Virus record (IMG/VR): IMGVR_UViG_2841454579_000002
Coordinates: 11,039-75,038 of that record
Origin: a virus
Lineage: Duplodnaviria; Caudoviricetes
Length of the DNA stretch: 64,000 bases
Strand: one strand, 5' to 3'
Shown here piece after piece: positions 1-8,986 of this stretch (position 1 is the first letter of the stretch; the number at the start of each line of letters is the position of its first letter). A model generated the notes under the pieces. That model was not told the DNA's origin. It saw only the letters and a program-made list of their open reading frames with translations, and did no database searches. Both the position numbers and the translations under genes were made by a program.

Positions 1-666
1 GTAATCGTCACACCAGATTACCACCCCGTTATGTTGGTCCCAGGCAAAGCCAATAGTGACAATACCTGTTTCCCAGAACTTCAGTGACAGCGTTTCTGTA
101 TCACAGGTTAATTCAGGGTATTCCTTGAGTTCCTGCAGCACCGTGTACACATCACTTTCATCCCGTACATATCGGGCGTTGTGGATAATGTTGCCGCCTA
201 TCTCTGCATACGTTCCTTTCAGAACAGACGCAAGGGTATCAAGGCCCATATCCAGTTTTTCTTGTAGATCGGGGTTATAGAACATCGCGGCGTGGTTAAC
301 GCCAAGGATGACCTGCATATCCGTATAACCTTCAATTGCACAGGGCAGGCAGTACCCGTGGTGCGGTTCGGCTTTCCGTTCCTTGGTGAGCGTTTTGAAG
401 TAGTTACCGTCAGCACAGTAAATGTACTTAACGCCTTGTTCCTTCAAAATAGGTAGCAGATCTTTCAGGTAGTCCTTCTGCAAGGACACCGGACATTTCG
501 CTTTGGGACCGTAGATAAGGTCGAAACAAATAATGTTTGCTTTGAATCCTCGGTCCTTCAGCGGCATGTAATAGTATCGCCGTAAAGCCGTATCGTTAAA
601 TGACTGGCTCTTAATGAGTAAGGCCACTTCGTACGATTCGCTTTCACGGAAGATAATATGTTGCAT
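1..666 (-). CDS. DNA polymerase, family A (N4 gp39-like), N-terminal part; runs off the window
   Basis: Not in the ORF track. ATG at 666 translates as MQHIIFRESESYEVALLIK...YCADGNYFKTLTK...LTCDTETLSLKFWETGIVTIGFAWDQHNG. It has the ExoI-type DxET motif and an N4-like polymerase N-terminus, and follows the helicase and gp38 as in N4. Confidence 0.9.
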   Translation of the reverse strand, partial: MQHIIFRESESYEVALLIKSQSFNDTALRRYYYMPLKDRGFKANIICFDLIYGPKAKCPVSLQKDYLKDLLPILKEQGVKYIYCADGNYFKTLTKERKAEPHHGYCLPCAIEGYTDMQVILGVNHAAMFYNPDLQEKLDMGLDTLASVLKGTYAEIGGNIIHNARYVRDESDVYTVLQELKEYPELTCDTETLSLKFWETGIVTIGFAWDQHNGVVIWCDDY

Positions 667-669
667 TTA

Positions 670-1191
670 CTACACTCGCATTGTTTTCATGGCCAGAACC
701 AGCCGTATAGACTTCAGCTGCTGGGCATGGGTGTTTTTAAAGTCTTCCAGTTCTTCTTTGTTTCTGAAGGGGGAAGTACCGTCTTTGCCCGGCAACTGGG
801 AATGCAGCGAGTGAGGTAACAGTTCGTACAGGTCGTTAATGTTGCCCATGAAGGACAGCACCTGAATCAGTGCTACCTCGGCTTCACCTACGTAAGACCA
901 GAGCCTTGTCCAGTCTTCAAGGTGCATATCAAACTCATCCCTTAACGACTCATGCAGCCGCTTCAGTTGAAACGGTAAGGCCGTCAGGCTTTCATGGAAG
1001 TAAGGGGTTTTGTTGTGCCGGAAACCAGGCTTTGTTTGCGTCAGTTCGTTATGCCGTACGGCAATACGGTTAATCGTGTTTTGCCTGGATTTGTAGAATG
1101 TTTCGGTAAGGTGGTTTCGCAGTAGCTGCAATAACCCTACTTTGAAGTCACGATTATAGTCAGGCCGATTCGGGGTACTCATTGAAGTCAC
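670..1191 (-). CDS. Conserved hypothetical protein (N4 gp38 position)
   Basis: 173-aa ORF between the helicase and the DNA polymerase, syntenic with N4-like phages. Confidence 0.7.
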   Translation of the reverse strand: MTSMSTPNRPDYNRDFKVGLLQLLRNHLTETFYKSRQNTINRIAVRHNELTQTKPGFRHNKTPYFHESLTALPFQLKRLHESLRDEFDMHLEDWTRLWSYVGEAEVALIQVLSFMGNINDLYELLPHSLHSQLPGKDGTSPFRNKEELEDFKNTHAQQLKSIRLVLAMKTMRV

Positions 1192-2452
1192 CTGTCAGGT
1201 AGCGTTGAGGAAGTTCCCCACACATCACGACTTCTTTAGAAGCACGGGAAACAGCGACATAAAGTAAACGTGCGACATCATCCGGATTCTGGCAGTAACC
1301 CAGATCGGTTAAGTCGATGAATACTTTTTCGTAGGTTGAGCCTTGTGATTTGTGCACGGTAGATGCGTAGGCCGGACGGAGATCGCCCCAGAAATCTTTA
1401 ATTTCAAAGTATGATTTCCACTCTTTCTCTTTCGCCATACGGCGAAGCAGCTGCTTCACTTTCCACCGTTCTGTAGGACAGAACATGGTGAAACCGCAAC
1501 TCAGTGTTACGTCATAGCCTTCGACATCGGCAAGTACAGACGGTGTAGAGCGTTCGATAAGCACCGGCTTATCTGTGCTGTACATCACTTCCTGTTTGGC
1601 TGAGATAATGGGTTTGTTCGTGATCAGGTATTCACCTGCAGGATACGGCTCATGAATGCCCCGTTCATCAGCAATGTACTCGTTGTACTCAGATACACGG
1701 TCATTACGCCATGCCAGTACCTTGCAGCTGTTATCTGCCTTGTACTGTGCAGACGTAAAGGCAGCATCAATCTCAGACTGAAATGTCGGGCCATTGACGT
1801 GTCTTACTGCTGTACCGTCACAAACGAACGGTTTGAAGATTTTGGTTTCTACCGTGTTACGGTAAAGTGCCGAAATATCACTGATAGGGCCATCGTGCCG
1901 CATGATCTGACGTAACTTGGCCGTTGGTATACCTTGTCCGAAGATAGGGCTTATATCGGTGTTCACGCTGATTAGCTGGCACGGGTCACCCATGTATACG
2001 ACTTTACAGCCGTAAGTCAGGTCTTGGATGTACTCTTTCAATTCGTTATCAATGAAGCTGGCTTCATCAATGATGATCAAAGAGTTCTCTTTAGGTGCTG
2101 CACCACGCCCCAGGGTCAGTTCCTGCTCTCCGGTTCTGTAGTTATTCTTCAAAACCAGTCCCAGATAGCTGTGGATAGTCAGCGGGTCAGTGTTCATGCT
2201 GTCAGCAAGTACGGTGGCCGCTTTGCGTGTGGTAGCTGTTACCGCGATTTCCTCAAACTCAGGGATCTTCTGGCCCAGTAGTTCAGTACTTTTACGTAAG
2301 GCATCCAACGCACCAATCATATACTTGATCAGGGTTGTCTTGCCTGTGCCGGCGAACCCTTCAATGACAAACTCTTGTTGTTCAGGATTTAACAGGAAGG
2401 CGATAAAGGCATTCTTTGCCTTCTTCTGGTCTTCATTTAATGTGATATTCAT
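1160..2452 (-). CDS. Dda-like SF1 DNA helicase (N4 gp37-like)
   Basis: Walker A GFAGTGKT, IIIDEAS, YMGDPCQL, QIMRH, YASTVHKSQGSTY and LYVAVSRA. Start moved to the ATG at 2452 (MNITLNEDQ), which has a GGAG upstream. Confidence 0.95.
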   Translation of the reverse strand: MNITLNEDQKKAKNAFIAFLLNPEQQEFVIEGFAGTGKTTLIKYMIGALDALRKSTELLGQKIPEFEEIAVTATTRKAATVLADSMNTDPLTIHSYLGLVLKNNYRTGEQELTLGRGAAPKENSLIIIDEASFIDNELKEYIQDLTYGCKVVYMGDPCQLISVNTDISPIFGQGIPTAKLRQIMRHDGPISDISALYRNTVETKIFKPFVCDGTAVRHVNGPTFQSEIDAAFTSAQYKADNSCKVLAWRNDRVSEYNEYIADERGIHEPYPAGEYLITNKPIISAKQEVMYSTDKPVLIERSTPSVLADVEGYDVTLSCGFTMFCPTERWKVKQLLRRMAKEKEWKSYFEIKDFWGDLRPAYASTVHKSQGSTYEKVFIDLTDLGYCQNPDDVARLLYVAVSRASKEVVMCGELPQRYLTGDFNEYPESA

Positions 2453-2518
2453 GGCTTCTCCATGGGGGTAAAAAAAGTAGGGGAGCGGAATGCAATGGGA
2501 CTCCCCCACTGGGGAAAC

Positions 2519-2674
2519 CTAAAACTGGTTCATCACGTACACGGCAATGACGGTCATTAAAAAACCGACTATGTGCGTGAGAATGTTGATTGTGCGCCGG
2601 TCCTGCTTTCGCAGGACTTGGGCGCGTTTCAGTAGTTTGTGCAGATGCGCCACCCTCTTGTGAGGGTCTTTCAT
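2519..2674 (-). CDS. Small membrane protein, 51 aa (MKDPHKRVAHLHKLLKRAQVLRKQDRRTINILTHIVGFLMTVIAVYVMNQF)
   Basis: Below the ORF-track cutoff. ATGA overlap with the upstream stop codon; basic N-terminus and hydrophobic C-terminal helix. Confidence 0.65.
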   Translation of the reverse strand: MKDPHKRVAHLHKLLKRAQVLRKQDRRTINILTHIVGFLMTVIAVYVMNQF

Positions 2675-3795
2675 CGTTCAAGCAACTCGTAGTGAATGAC
2701 TTTGCCGGTATCGGCCTTAAAGTGCAGGTTGTCGTGGATTATCCAGAAGATCTGGCCTTCACGGGGAATAGGACGTTCCCTTATATCGAAACATCCGTCA
2801 GTGAAGATAATCGAAACTTCCGGCTTTTCCTCTTTGATGTCGTCCAGTACGGGACCAATGCGCGTACCGCCGCCACCGTGGAATACCAACTCAACAACAT
2901 CACGCAGTTCGTTAACTGTGTGCTTATCAGTCAGACGGGTATCAAAGGAAATAACCTCTGTAACACTGGGTTGCAGCTTCTTAACGATATGGAATATCTC
3001 AGAGATAAACTGGTCAAACTCAACCTGTGTGATTGAGCCGGAGATATCCACGTAAATACGCAAAGAGCCCAGCCGTTCAGAGTACAAACCAGGCATGATG
3101 AAGTTCTGATCCAGATACCGCTTATTCGGCTTCTGATAAGAGTAATCATCAGCGGCTAACTCAGTCAGTACGTTATCCAGAATACGATTCCAGGGCAGCT
3201 TAGGAGTTCTGAGGTTATTCAGAAATGTAGTGACACAACCAGGGATAGAGGAACCCTGATTCATCAGCTTGGCTTTCATGAACGCAGACTGTACGCGCTC
3301 CTCCACCCACATCGCCATGTCTTCAGCGTCCATGTCTTCACATTCACGGATGGACTGATGGACAAAGGGCAGATCACGCTCATCCACCATATCTACGATG
3401 GTGTAGATATCTTCGCTGGTCTGGTCGGCGTATACCGGCTCATGGATAGCATCATCCAGTAACACAAAGCCAGTGCCTTTAAGGATATCGTTAGTCGCGT
3501 AGTCACATGACACATACCAGTGCTTCTTACGCTTACCTTTCATACGGCTCACGTGCTGAAGTGCAGTGTGATATGCCGCTTTAGCCAGTAACGTAATGCG
3601 CTGGTCCGGTGTCAGACGGATGAAGGCTTCCGGATTTATCCAGAGGTACTTCCCGTCTGTACTGAACAGCGTAGAGGACGTATCCCACTGAAAGCGCAGA
3701 CTGAACAGAATAGTCGTAATGAATACGCTGTCCGGTCTGGATATCAGATGGATTTTTGCTGTATCCAGCAACTTGTTTGCTTCTTCAGTCTGCAT
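2671..3795 (-). CDS. Metallopeptidase-like/VWA domain protein (N4 gp25-like)
   Basis: TDGKYLWINP, CDYATN, the VWA MIDAS motif YVDISGS, FHGGGGT and IIFTDG; adjacent to a MoxR-type ATPase. Confidence 0.9.
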   Translation of the reverse strand: MQTEEANKLLDTAKIHLISRPDSVFITTILFSLRFQWDTSSTLFSTDGKYLWINPEAFIRLTPDQRITLLAKAAYHTALQHVSRMKGKRKKHWYVSCDYATNDILKGTGFVLLDDAIHEPVYADQTSEDIYTIVDMVDERDLPFVHQSIRECEDMDAEDMAMWVEERVQSAFMKAKLMNQGSSIPGCVTTFLNNLRTPKLPWNRILDNVLTELAADDYSYQKPNKRYLDQNFIMPGLYSERLGSLRIYVDISGSITQVEFDQFISEIFHIVKKLQPSVTEVISFDTRLTDKHTVNELRDVVELVFHGGGGTRIGPVLDDIKEEKPEVSIIFTDGCFDIRERPIPREGQIFWIIHDNLHFKADTGKVIHYELLER

Positions 3796-3803
3796 AGCCT
3801 TCC

Positions 3804-4814
3804 TTAGAAGTAAGATGAAAGTTCGTCAGCCTTTTCCAACCACTTTTCATTGGCTGAAATCTCTGTGTACCGGCGGCCCATTTCACGGATAGTAATTACC
3901 TGAAACTCTTTAGGCATACGGTCAACGAATGACAGCAAGGCCGTAGCGTTAGCGGGGCCGGTGTGTTTGGCGATTAAACCTGACAGTGCGAACAGGCTAC
4001 TCGGGTCGTTCGGTACAACAGCGTCTTCCGGCGTTTTAACGATAGACACCAGATCGGGCAGCTGGTCGTATACACGGGTAAACTGGTGGAACTCATGAGC
4101 CACACCTTCACTGATTGCACCACCCAACAGAATGACGCTCTTTGAATCCAGCTTCACTTTCTGCAGGATGTTGCTGGCAAAGTGCCATGTACGAGGACAC
4201 GCGAAGGTTTTATCCGAGTGGTCCGGCTCAAACGTATGCAGGCTGTCAGGGCGTGATTGCAGGTAAGACGTGATACGGTAATCAATACCGTTCATCTGTG
4301 CCCACTCAATCCAGTCATTCGCGGATACTGTCATTTCGATGTGTACCAGTCGTGACTGCATGGCAGTACCTAAGCGGTTTACCAGTGCACCGTCTGTTTC
4401 AAGGTTACCGGCGGCAACCAGTGCTACATCAGGGTGTAAGGAGAACTTACCGACCATACGGTCCAGCAACAGTTTGTAAGCGGCACGTTGGACTGTCTGC
4501 GGAGCATGGTTAATTTCATCTAAGAAGATAAGCCAGCCGCTTTTACCTTTAGGTAATGTCCAGTACTCCAGCGGGAATAAATCCAGTGGTACGTACTCAG
4601 CAATGTCGTCAGTGACTTTAGGGAAGCCATTCAGGTCAGTCGGGTCACACTGGCTCAGACGCACATCAATCAGTTGCAGGTTGTATTCTTCTGCAATCTG
4701 CTTAACTACATCAGATTTACCGATGCCAGGGCTTCCGTGCAACATAGGGACTAACCCAGCCTGAATACTTGTTTCGATAAACTGCTTAGCCACTTTCGGG
4801 CTTACTGCACTCAT
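3804..4814 (-). CDS. MoxR-like AAA+ ATPase (N4 gp24-like)
   Basis: GSPGIGKS, DVRLSQCDPTDLNGFP, IFLDEIN, AAGN and CPRTW. Confidence 0.92.
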   Translation of the reverse strand: MSAVSPKVAKQFIETSIQAGLVPMLHGSPGIGKSDVVKQIAEEYNLQLIDVRLSQCDPTDLNGFPKVTDDIAEYVPLDLFPLEYWTLPKGKSGWLIFLDEINHAPQTVQRAAYKLLLDRMVGKFSLHPDVALVAAGNLETDGALVNRLGTAMQSRLVHIEMTVSANDWIEWAQMNGIDYRITSYLQSRPDSLHTFEPDHSDKTFACPRTWHFASNILQKVKLDSKSVILLGGAISEGVAHEFHQFTRVYDQLPDLVSIVKTPEDAVVPNDPSSLFALSGLIAKHTGPANATALLSFVDRMPKEFQVITIREMGRRYTEISANEKWLEKADELSSYF

Positions 4815-4841
4815 AATATTCCTTGGTTTAAATTAAATGAT

Positions 4842-4870
4842 CACCGCAGCTGCCGAACGGCAGCACTAAA
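4842..4870 (-). promoter_or_regulatory. Conserved hairpin motif, copy 1 (candidate middle promoter)
   Basis: CGCAGCTGCCGAACGGCAGCACT; related copies at 12283, 12581, 15312, 60244 and 63464. Confidence 0.6.
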
Positions 4871-4876
4871 CGGTTG

Positions 4877-5521
4877 TTATGCGGATGTGTCTAGTAGCGT
4901 TCCTGCGCGTGTTTCGGACATTGGTTTGACACCTACCCGTTGACTGATTTTCCAGTCCACAGGGTTTGCGATTTGGTGGAGAACGGTACGCAGACGTACC
5001 TCGTATTCTGCTGTCATGTCATTCACCGCAACGAAGTCACGGCCATGCATAGGCAGGGGTTGTTCTGACTGATGCAGGTCAACGCTGTCCGGTTGCTGTA
5101 AATTGAATACATGGACTATTTCACCGCCACGACTACGGATGAAACCTGCTTCATTAGGGAAGCGAACGTCCGTGATGATGATCACATCGGCCTTTGATTT
5201 GCTGATGGTGTTATCCATACAACGTAGCCATAAGTCGTCACAGATGAGGTTACGGCCCCATTCTGTGCCTAACGTCTGCATCATCTTGCGGGGAGACACG
5301 CCGTAGCGTGGATCTTCCGCTTCTTTAGCGTCATGGTCTTCCAATTGGAAAGGTGCCAGGTCTAAGCCAGTTTCCAGCATACGTTTCATATGGTCTGCGA
5401 ATGCAGCGGTGTCTACGGTTTTGCTGTACTGCTCAATGAGTACCTTCTGCAGAATGTCTGCACCGAAGTCTTTGCCTGAACCTTTACGGCCAGCCATACC
5501 AATGATTAATGGTTTTCTCAT
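4877..5521 (-). CDS. Deoxynucleoside monophosphate kinase
   Basis: GRKGSGKD P-loop, AFADHMK, SPRKMMQTLGTEWGR, ITDVRFPNE and HQSE. Confidence 0.93.
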   Translation of the reverse strand: MRKPLIIGMAGRKGSGKDFGADILQKVLIEQYSKTVDTAAFADHMKRMLETGLDLAPFQLEDHDAKEAEDPRYGVSPRKMMQTLGTEWGRNLICDDLWLRCMDNTISKSKADVIIITDVRFPNEAGFIRSRGGEIVHVFNLQQPDSVDLHQSEQPLPMHGRDFVAVNDMTAEYEVRLRTVLHQIANPVDWKISQRVGVKPMSETRAGTLLDTSA

Positions 5522-5536
5522 GTTTTCCTCTCACAC

Positions 5537-5561
5537 AAAAAAGCCAGCTATTAAGCTGGCT
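5537..5561 (-). terminator. Rho-independent terminator
   Basis: GCCAGC/GCTGGC stem followed by T6 on the minus strand. Confidence 0.75.
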
Positions 5562-5910
5562 CTGGTTGTTCAATTTTTTGGATTTGTTTATCAATCAGAT
5601 CCCGTTGTGTACGGAACCGGTCAAGCAAGGCTTGTTTGCCTTTATCCACTTTCAGGTCGATGGGTTGGGGGAACAGATCGTCCAGCGATTCACGGAAGTA
5701 TTCCCGCGCTGCATGCCAGTCAGGTACACCGAAGAACTGCTCTATTTCTTCACGTACCAGTACGACTTCTGTACCGAAATCTGTAACGACATGGAAAATA
5801 CCGTTATCTTTTACACAGGTCACAACGGCGTTGCCGATGCGACCGGTGACAACAGGAATCAGTACCAGACCAACTTCCACCTTTTCAGGTACAGGCAGTA
5901 AGTTATTCAC
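5551..5910 (-). CDS. Hypothetical protein
   Basis: 3' part of the 172-aa ORF; a GTG start at 5910 overlaps the upstream stop region. Confidence 0.6.
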   Translation of the reverse strand: MNNLLPVPEKVEVGLVLIPVVTGRIGNAVVTCVKDNGIFHVVTDFGTEVVLVREEIEQFFGVPDWHAAREYFRESLDDLFPQPIDLKVDKGKQALLDRFRTQRDLIDKQIQKIEQPEPA

Positions 5911-6241
5911 TTTTTGCTGCCAGCATGCGGTAGGCTTCCAGTTCGTAGATGCTTTGGAACGCATCTTCAAACGAGACCTTCTTACCGATTTCTTCACGGA
6001 AGTTCTCAGGGTCCAGTGCCAGACTTGGCTTACTGACTGCAACGAAACCACCACGTAACCGGATACCACAGAACATCATCTGCTGGCCGGCCAGTACAAT
6101 CGTTTCGTAATCAACGGATTCAATACGGGAAATGATGCCACGGCTGCTGATGTATTCACCTTTACAGCCCATGTCTAACATCATGGCTTCAATTTGTTCG
6201 CACCGTGTCGGTGACTTTGGTTTTACTTCACGTACAGGCAT
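5903..6241 (-). CDS. Phage Gp49/66-family protein (N4 gp22-like)
   Basis: CGIRLRGGFVAVSKPSLALDPENFREEIGKKVSFEDAFQSIYELEAY resembles the family pattern. Confidence 0.8.
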   Translation of the reverse strand: MPVREVKPKSPTRCEQIEAMMLDMGCKGEYISSRGIISRIESVDYETIVLAGQQMMFCGIRLRGGFVAVSKPSLALDPENFREEIGKKVSFEDAFQSIYELEAYRMLAAKSE

Positions 6242-6243
6242 AG

Positions 6244-6384
6244 TCAGACCTTAGACTTAGGTGCAGTATTTTTGTCGCTGTTGCCGCCAACAGTAGCGTT
6301 GCTTTTTTTGTCCTTGCGGATCTTAACCAAAGCAGCAACAAGTATGGCTACAACGCCCAGTAAAATGTAATCAGTAGTGGTCAT
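6244..6384 (-). CDS. Small single-pass membrane protein, 46 aa (MTTTDYILLGVVAILVAALVKIRKDKK...)
   Basis: Manual translation; GGAG ribosome-binding site; TM helix followed by a basic tail. Confidence 0.7.
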   Translation of the reverse strand: MTTTDYILLGVVAILVAALVKIRKDKKSNATVGGNSDKNTAPKSKV

Positions 6385-6397
6385 GTATTTCTCCAAT

Positions 6398-6423
6398 AAA
6401 AAAGCCAGCGGTCAGGCTGGCTT
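6398..6423 (-). terminator. Rho-independent terminator
   Basis: AAGCCAGC/GCTGGCTT stem plus T-tract. Confidence 0.7.
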
Positions 6424-6543
6424 ATCTTTTCTAATTCGGCGTTGGTATTGCCGCTTGTCTCTGCGTCTGGATTGTTTGTAGTCATGGACTACGGCCAGAG
6501 CGATTAAGCCAAGTGACATCAAGATCAGACCTGCTTCTAACAT
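6412..6543 (-). CDS. Small single-pass membrane protein, 43 aa (MLEAGLILMSLGLIALAVVHDYKQSRRRDKR...)
   Basis: Manual translation; overlaps the upstream stop; TM helix plus Arg-rich tail. Confidence 0.6.
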   Translation of the reverse strand: MLEAGLILMSLGLIALAVVHDYKQSRRRDKRQYQRRIRKDKPA

Positions 6544-6725
6544 TCTGTGTCAGACAAGGCAGGGCCGATGTACGGGATAGGTTTGTATTCCATTTCAGGA
6601 ATCTGGCTCTCAGCGCGGCGTGAGGAGGCTTTTCTTCTGCTGGACAGTACAATGTACCAACCGAACAGCGTAGCGATGCACAGGCAGGCCAGAGGAGCCA
6701 GAATAAGCATTTCAACCAGGTTCAT
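6537..6725 (-). CDS. Small single-pass membrane protein, 62 aa
   Basis: N-terminal hydrophobic helix followed by SSRRKASSRR; coupled to the upstream stop. Confidence 0.65.
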   Translation of the reverse strand: MNLVEMLILAPLACLCIATLFGWYIVLSSRRKASSRRAESQIPEMEYKPIPYIGPALSDTEC

Positions 6726-6967
6726 TACTTATTCTCGATAGCGTTGCGTATTTCTACGCGAAGGTTTTTAGTAGTGTCAGACACAAACACAGCACCGTGA
6801 ACGATAGGCCACCACCGGTCTAATGCTTTCATCAGAGCCAGTTTCATCTTACCGTTATGGTCTTCCAGTGTTTTGATGTAGCGGGATAGTTCGATATCCG
6901 TTTCCTGTTGGATTTGGATTATCTCAAGCAGCTCCCGCTTGCTCATGCCTTCAAGGTTGTTGATCAC
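6725..6967 (-). CDS. Hypothetical coiled-coil protein
   Basis: 80-aa ORF coupled to both neighbours. Confidence 0.7.
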   Translation of the reverse strand: MINNLEGMSKRELLEIIQIQQETDIELSRYIKTLEDHNGKMKLALMKALDRWWPIVHGAVFVSDTTKNLRVEIRNAIENK

Positions 6968-7335
6968 GCCACTGCAGATTCACGGACTGCACGGGCCAGA
7001 CCTTCAGATACTGCTTTATTAGCGACATCAGTGCGTGCCAGTTTCAGTGCTGCATCGCTTGCAGCGATACGCAGCGCATGGTTCGCTGCCGTTAACTCAC
7101 CAACCTTCTTTTCCAGTTCCACAATCTTTGGATCCACCGATTCAAACTTACCAATCATGTCTGCACAGGGACGTGCGTACTTCTGACCGTTATGTACGTG
7201 TTGGTAAACTGCGGTCAACGGATAGCGACAGGTTACACCGTCAAACGGGGTGTTTACGACATCAAGTACTTTATACGTGTTTCCTGATTTCAGGTGACGG
7301 ATGATTGCGTCTTTTTCTAATAACAATTCAGGCAT
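6964..7335 (-). CDS. DUF1653-like domain plus coiled coil
   Basis: RHLKSGNTYKVL...AVYQHVHNGQKYARPCADMIGKFE pattern. Confidence 0.65.
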   Translation of the reverse strand: MPELLLEKDAIIRHLKSGNTYKVLDVVNTPFDGVTCRYPLTAVYQHVHNGQKYARPCADMIGKFESVDPKIVELEKKVGELTAANHALRIAASDAALKLARTDVANKAVSEGLARAVRESAVA

Positions 7336-7339
7336 TTTA

Positions 7340-7606
7340 TTATTCTCCTTCTAGGATGGTTACAGCGTCATATAACGCATCTGTGTCGTCTTCATCGGCT
7401 TCGTTCATACGTTCAATAGCGCGACTCATACGTACCCTTAAATGGGTGTTTCGTTTACGGAAGTCAGCAACTTCCTGACACTTGGCGTCATACTGCCAAA
7501 CTGCTTCACTAATCCATGCTTGTACTGTGGCATCAGGGAAGTTATCAAAAGTGGTTTCGGTCAGGATACGCAGACCCTCAATACCTTTTAAGTTAGACTC
7601 GCTCAT
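7340..7606 (-). CDS. Hypothetical protein
   Basis: ORF in a tightly packed operon; likely start MSESNLK. Confidence 0.65.
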   Translation of the reverse strand: MSESNLKGIEGLRILTETTFDNFPDATVQAWISEAVWQYDAKCQEVADFRKRNTHLRVRMSRAIERMNEADEDDTDALYDAVTILEGE

Positions 7607-8069
7607 TGGCTTCACCAATATGAGCCTTCATTACCACAAGGTAATCCAGCGCATCATTGATGCTGCTTTCGCTGTTAACGTGGTTGTGTTGAAGTAGCGC
7701 CATTGAATGGGAAGTGGCAGGTAACCAGTTCGCGCGTTTCTTGCGGAAGTTAGCAAATGGTGCAACGATGGAGTCAGCAGCAACTTCACCAATCTCTGCT
7801 TCTAATGCCTTCCACAGATCTTGTGGTACATTTGTACCAGAGACCATGCGTACCCGTGGGTCTAAGATACACCAACCCAGTACACAGGCAGCAGAGCCAC
7901 ACTCATTAACGGTGGTACTGTCTTTGACCGCCATACCGTCTTCACGGTTAATGAAAGGGATTTCATCAATATTTTTGAAGAAGGCCGACATGTAAAGTCC
8001 TGAGCCTTCTTTTTTGAGCACGTCCTGCATACACAAGATCATGGCATCAAGGATTGGGGTGTTACGCAT
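7593..8069 (-). CDS. Hypothetical protein, paralog of 8062-8523
   Basis: Shares TPxLDAxI, CGxAACxxG, AADS and ALDYL with its neighbour. Confidence 0.75.
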   Translation of the reverse strand: MRNTPILDAMILCMQDVLKKEGSGLYMSAFFKNIDEIPFINREDGMAVKDSTTVNECGSAACVLGWCILDPRVRMVSGTNVPQDLWKALEAEIGEVAADSIVAPFANFRKKRANWLPATSHSMALLQHNHVNSESSINDALDYLVVMKAHIGEANERV

Positions 8070-8523
8070 ACTTCACCTCATTGAATGCGATTTTGACTTT
8101 CTGCAGGTAGTCGAGTGCTTCTGCAGCAGTAGGGGTTTCACGGATAAGGTGCGGGTGATCCAGTAAATGGTGTAACCATCCAGTCCGGTTAGCCGAATCC
8201 ATCCGGTCTTCTGGGTAGGCGTCAAACATAGAATCAGCGGCACATACACTATCCAATTCCTTTTCGACACATGCCCATATCTTCCTTGGCGGAGTCCCTA
8301 AACCAACTACTTTGACATGACCTATGACGTCCATGTCTAAAGCGGCATACCCACAGATACAGGCAGCGGTGCCGCAAGTGTGTATCGTGGTTTCAGGTGC
8401 GACCTTGTTACGCTTTTCGTAGAAGTCGTACATACGGAAGGCTTTATCCTCCCTTACCACGATTTCCATGACACGGATGATTGCATCCAGTAATGGCGTA
8501 GCCGGTGCGGTTTGTTCGCTCAT
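8062..8523 (-). CDS. Hypothetical protein, paralog of 7593-8069
   Basis: TPLLDAII, HTCGTAACICGY, AADS and ALDYL. Confidence 0.75.
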   Translation of the reverse strand: MSEQTAPATPLLDAIIRVMEIVVREDKAFRMYDFYEKRNKVAPETTIHTCGTAACICGYAALDMDVIGHVKVVGLGTPPRKIWACVEKELDSVCAADSMFDAYPEDRMDSANRTGWLHHLLDHPHLIRETPTAAEALDYLQKVKIAFNEVKYA

Positions 8524-8771
8524 GATGAGTAGTCCTTACGCATAGCGTCAAGTGTCGTGAGAGCCTGGTTTATTAACTCTTCAATCTGGGCATGTTGTAC
8601 AACCAGTGCGTGCATTAACTGACTGGCTTCACCTAGGGTGACTTCACAGTCACCCTTAGAGTCAATGTACATTTGCAGATCGTGCAAGTTGTCAGAGTCA
8701 TTCAGTGTTCTTACAACTGCATCTGCATGAGCAATAACAGAGTTAATTGCCATAAGAGTTAGTGCTTTCAT
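8520..8771 (-). CDS. Hypothetical protein
   Basis: ATGA overlaps at both ends when started at MKALTL. Confidence 0.65.
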   Translation of the reverse strand: MKALTLMAINSVIAHADAVVRTLNDSDNLHDLQMYIDSKGDCEVTLGEASQLMHALVVQHAQIEELINQALTTLDAMRKDYSS

Positions 8772-8986
8772 GGTACTTTTCCGAATAAGGTATTTAACGA
8801 CCATAAGGTCAGTGAACGGGCAGCTACAAAGCCGTACCCGAACACAAGAACAATGGCGTTTACAACGAACAGCTTCTCAACCATTTCAGGCTGCTCGTTA
8901 ACAATGGTGAAGAAGAACCAGCAGAACATATCTGCTGATATCAGAAGTAAGGCCAGTATTGCGGCCAGCTTTTTAAGCCAGTGCAT
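8768..8986 (-). CDS. Small two-TM membrane protein
   Basis: Two hydrophobic segments; likely start MHWLKK. Confidence 0.6.
   Translation of the reverse strand: MHWLKKLAAILALLLISADMFCWFFFTIVNEQPEMVEKLFVVNAIVLVFGYGFVAARSLTLWSLNTLFGKVP

Noticed and set aside
2433-2681. 82-aa ORF from the track (MNDERPSQ...)
   Set aside because: It overlaps both neighbours and crosses a terminator-like hairpin. The alternative frame 2519-2674 has ATGA coupling and a sensible TM protein.
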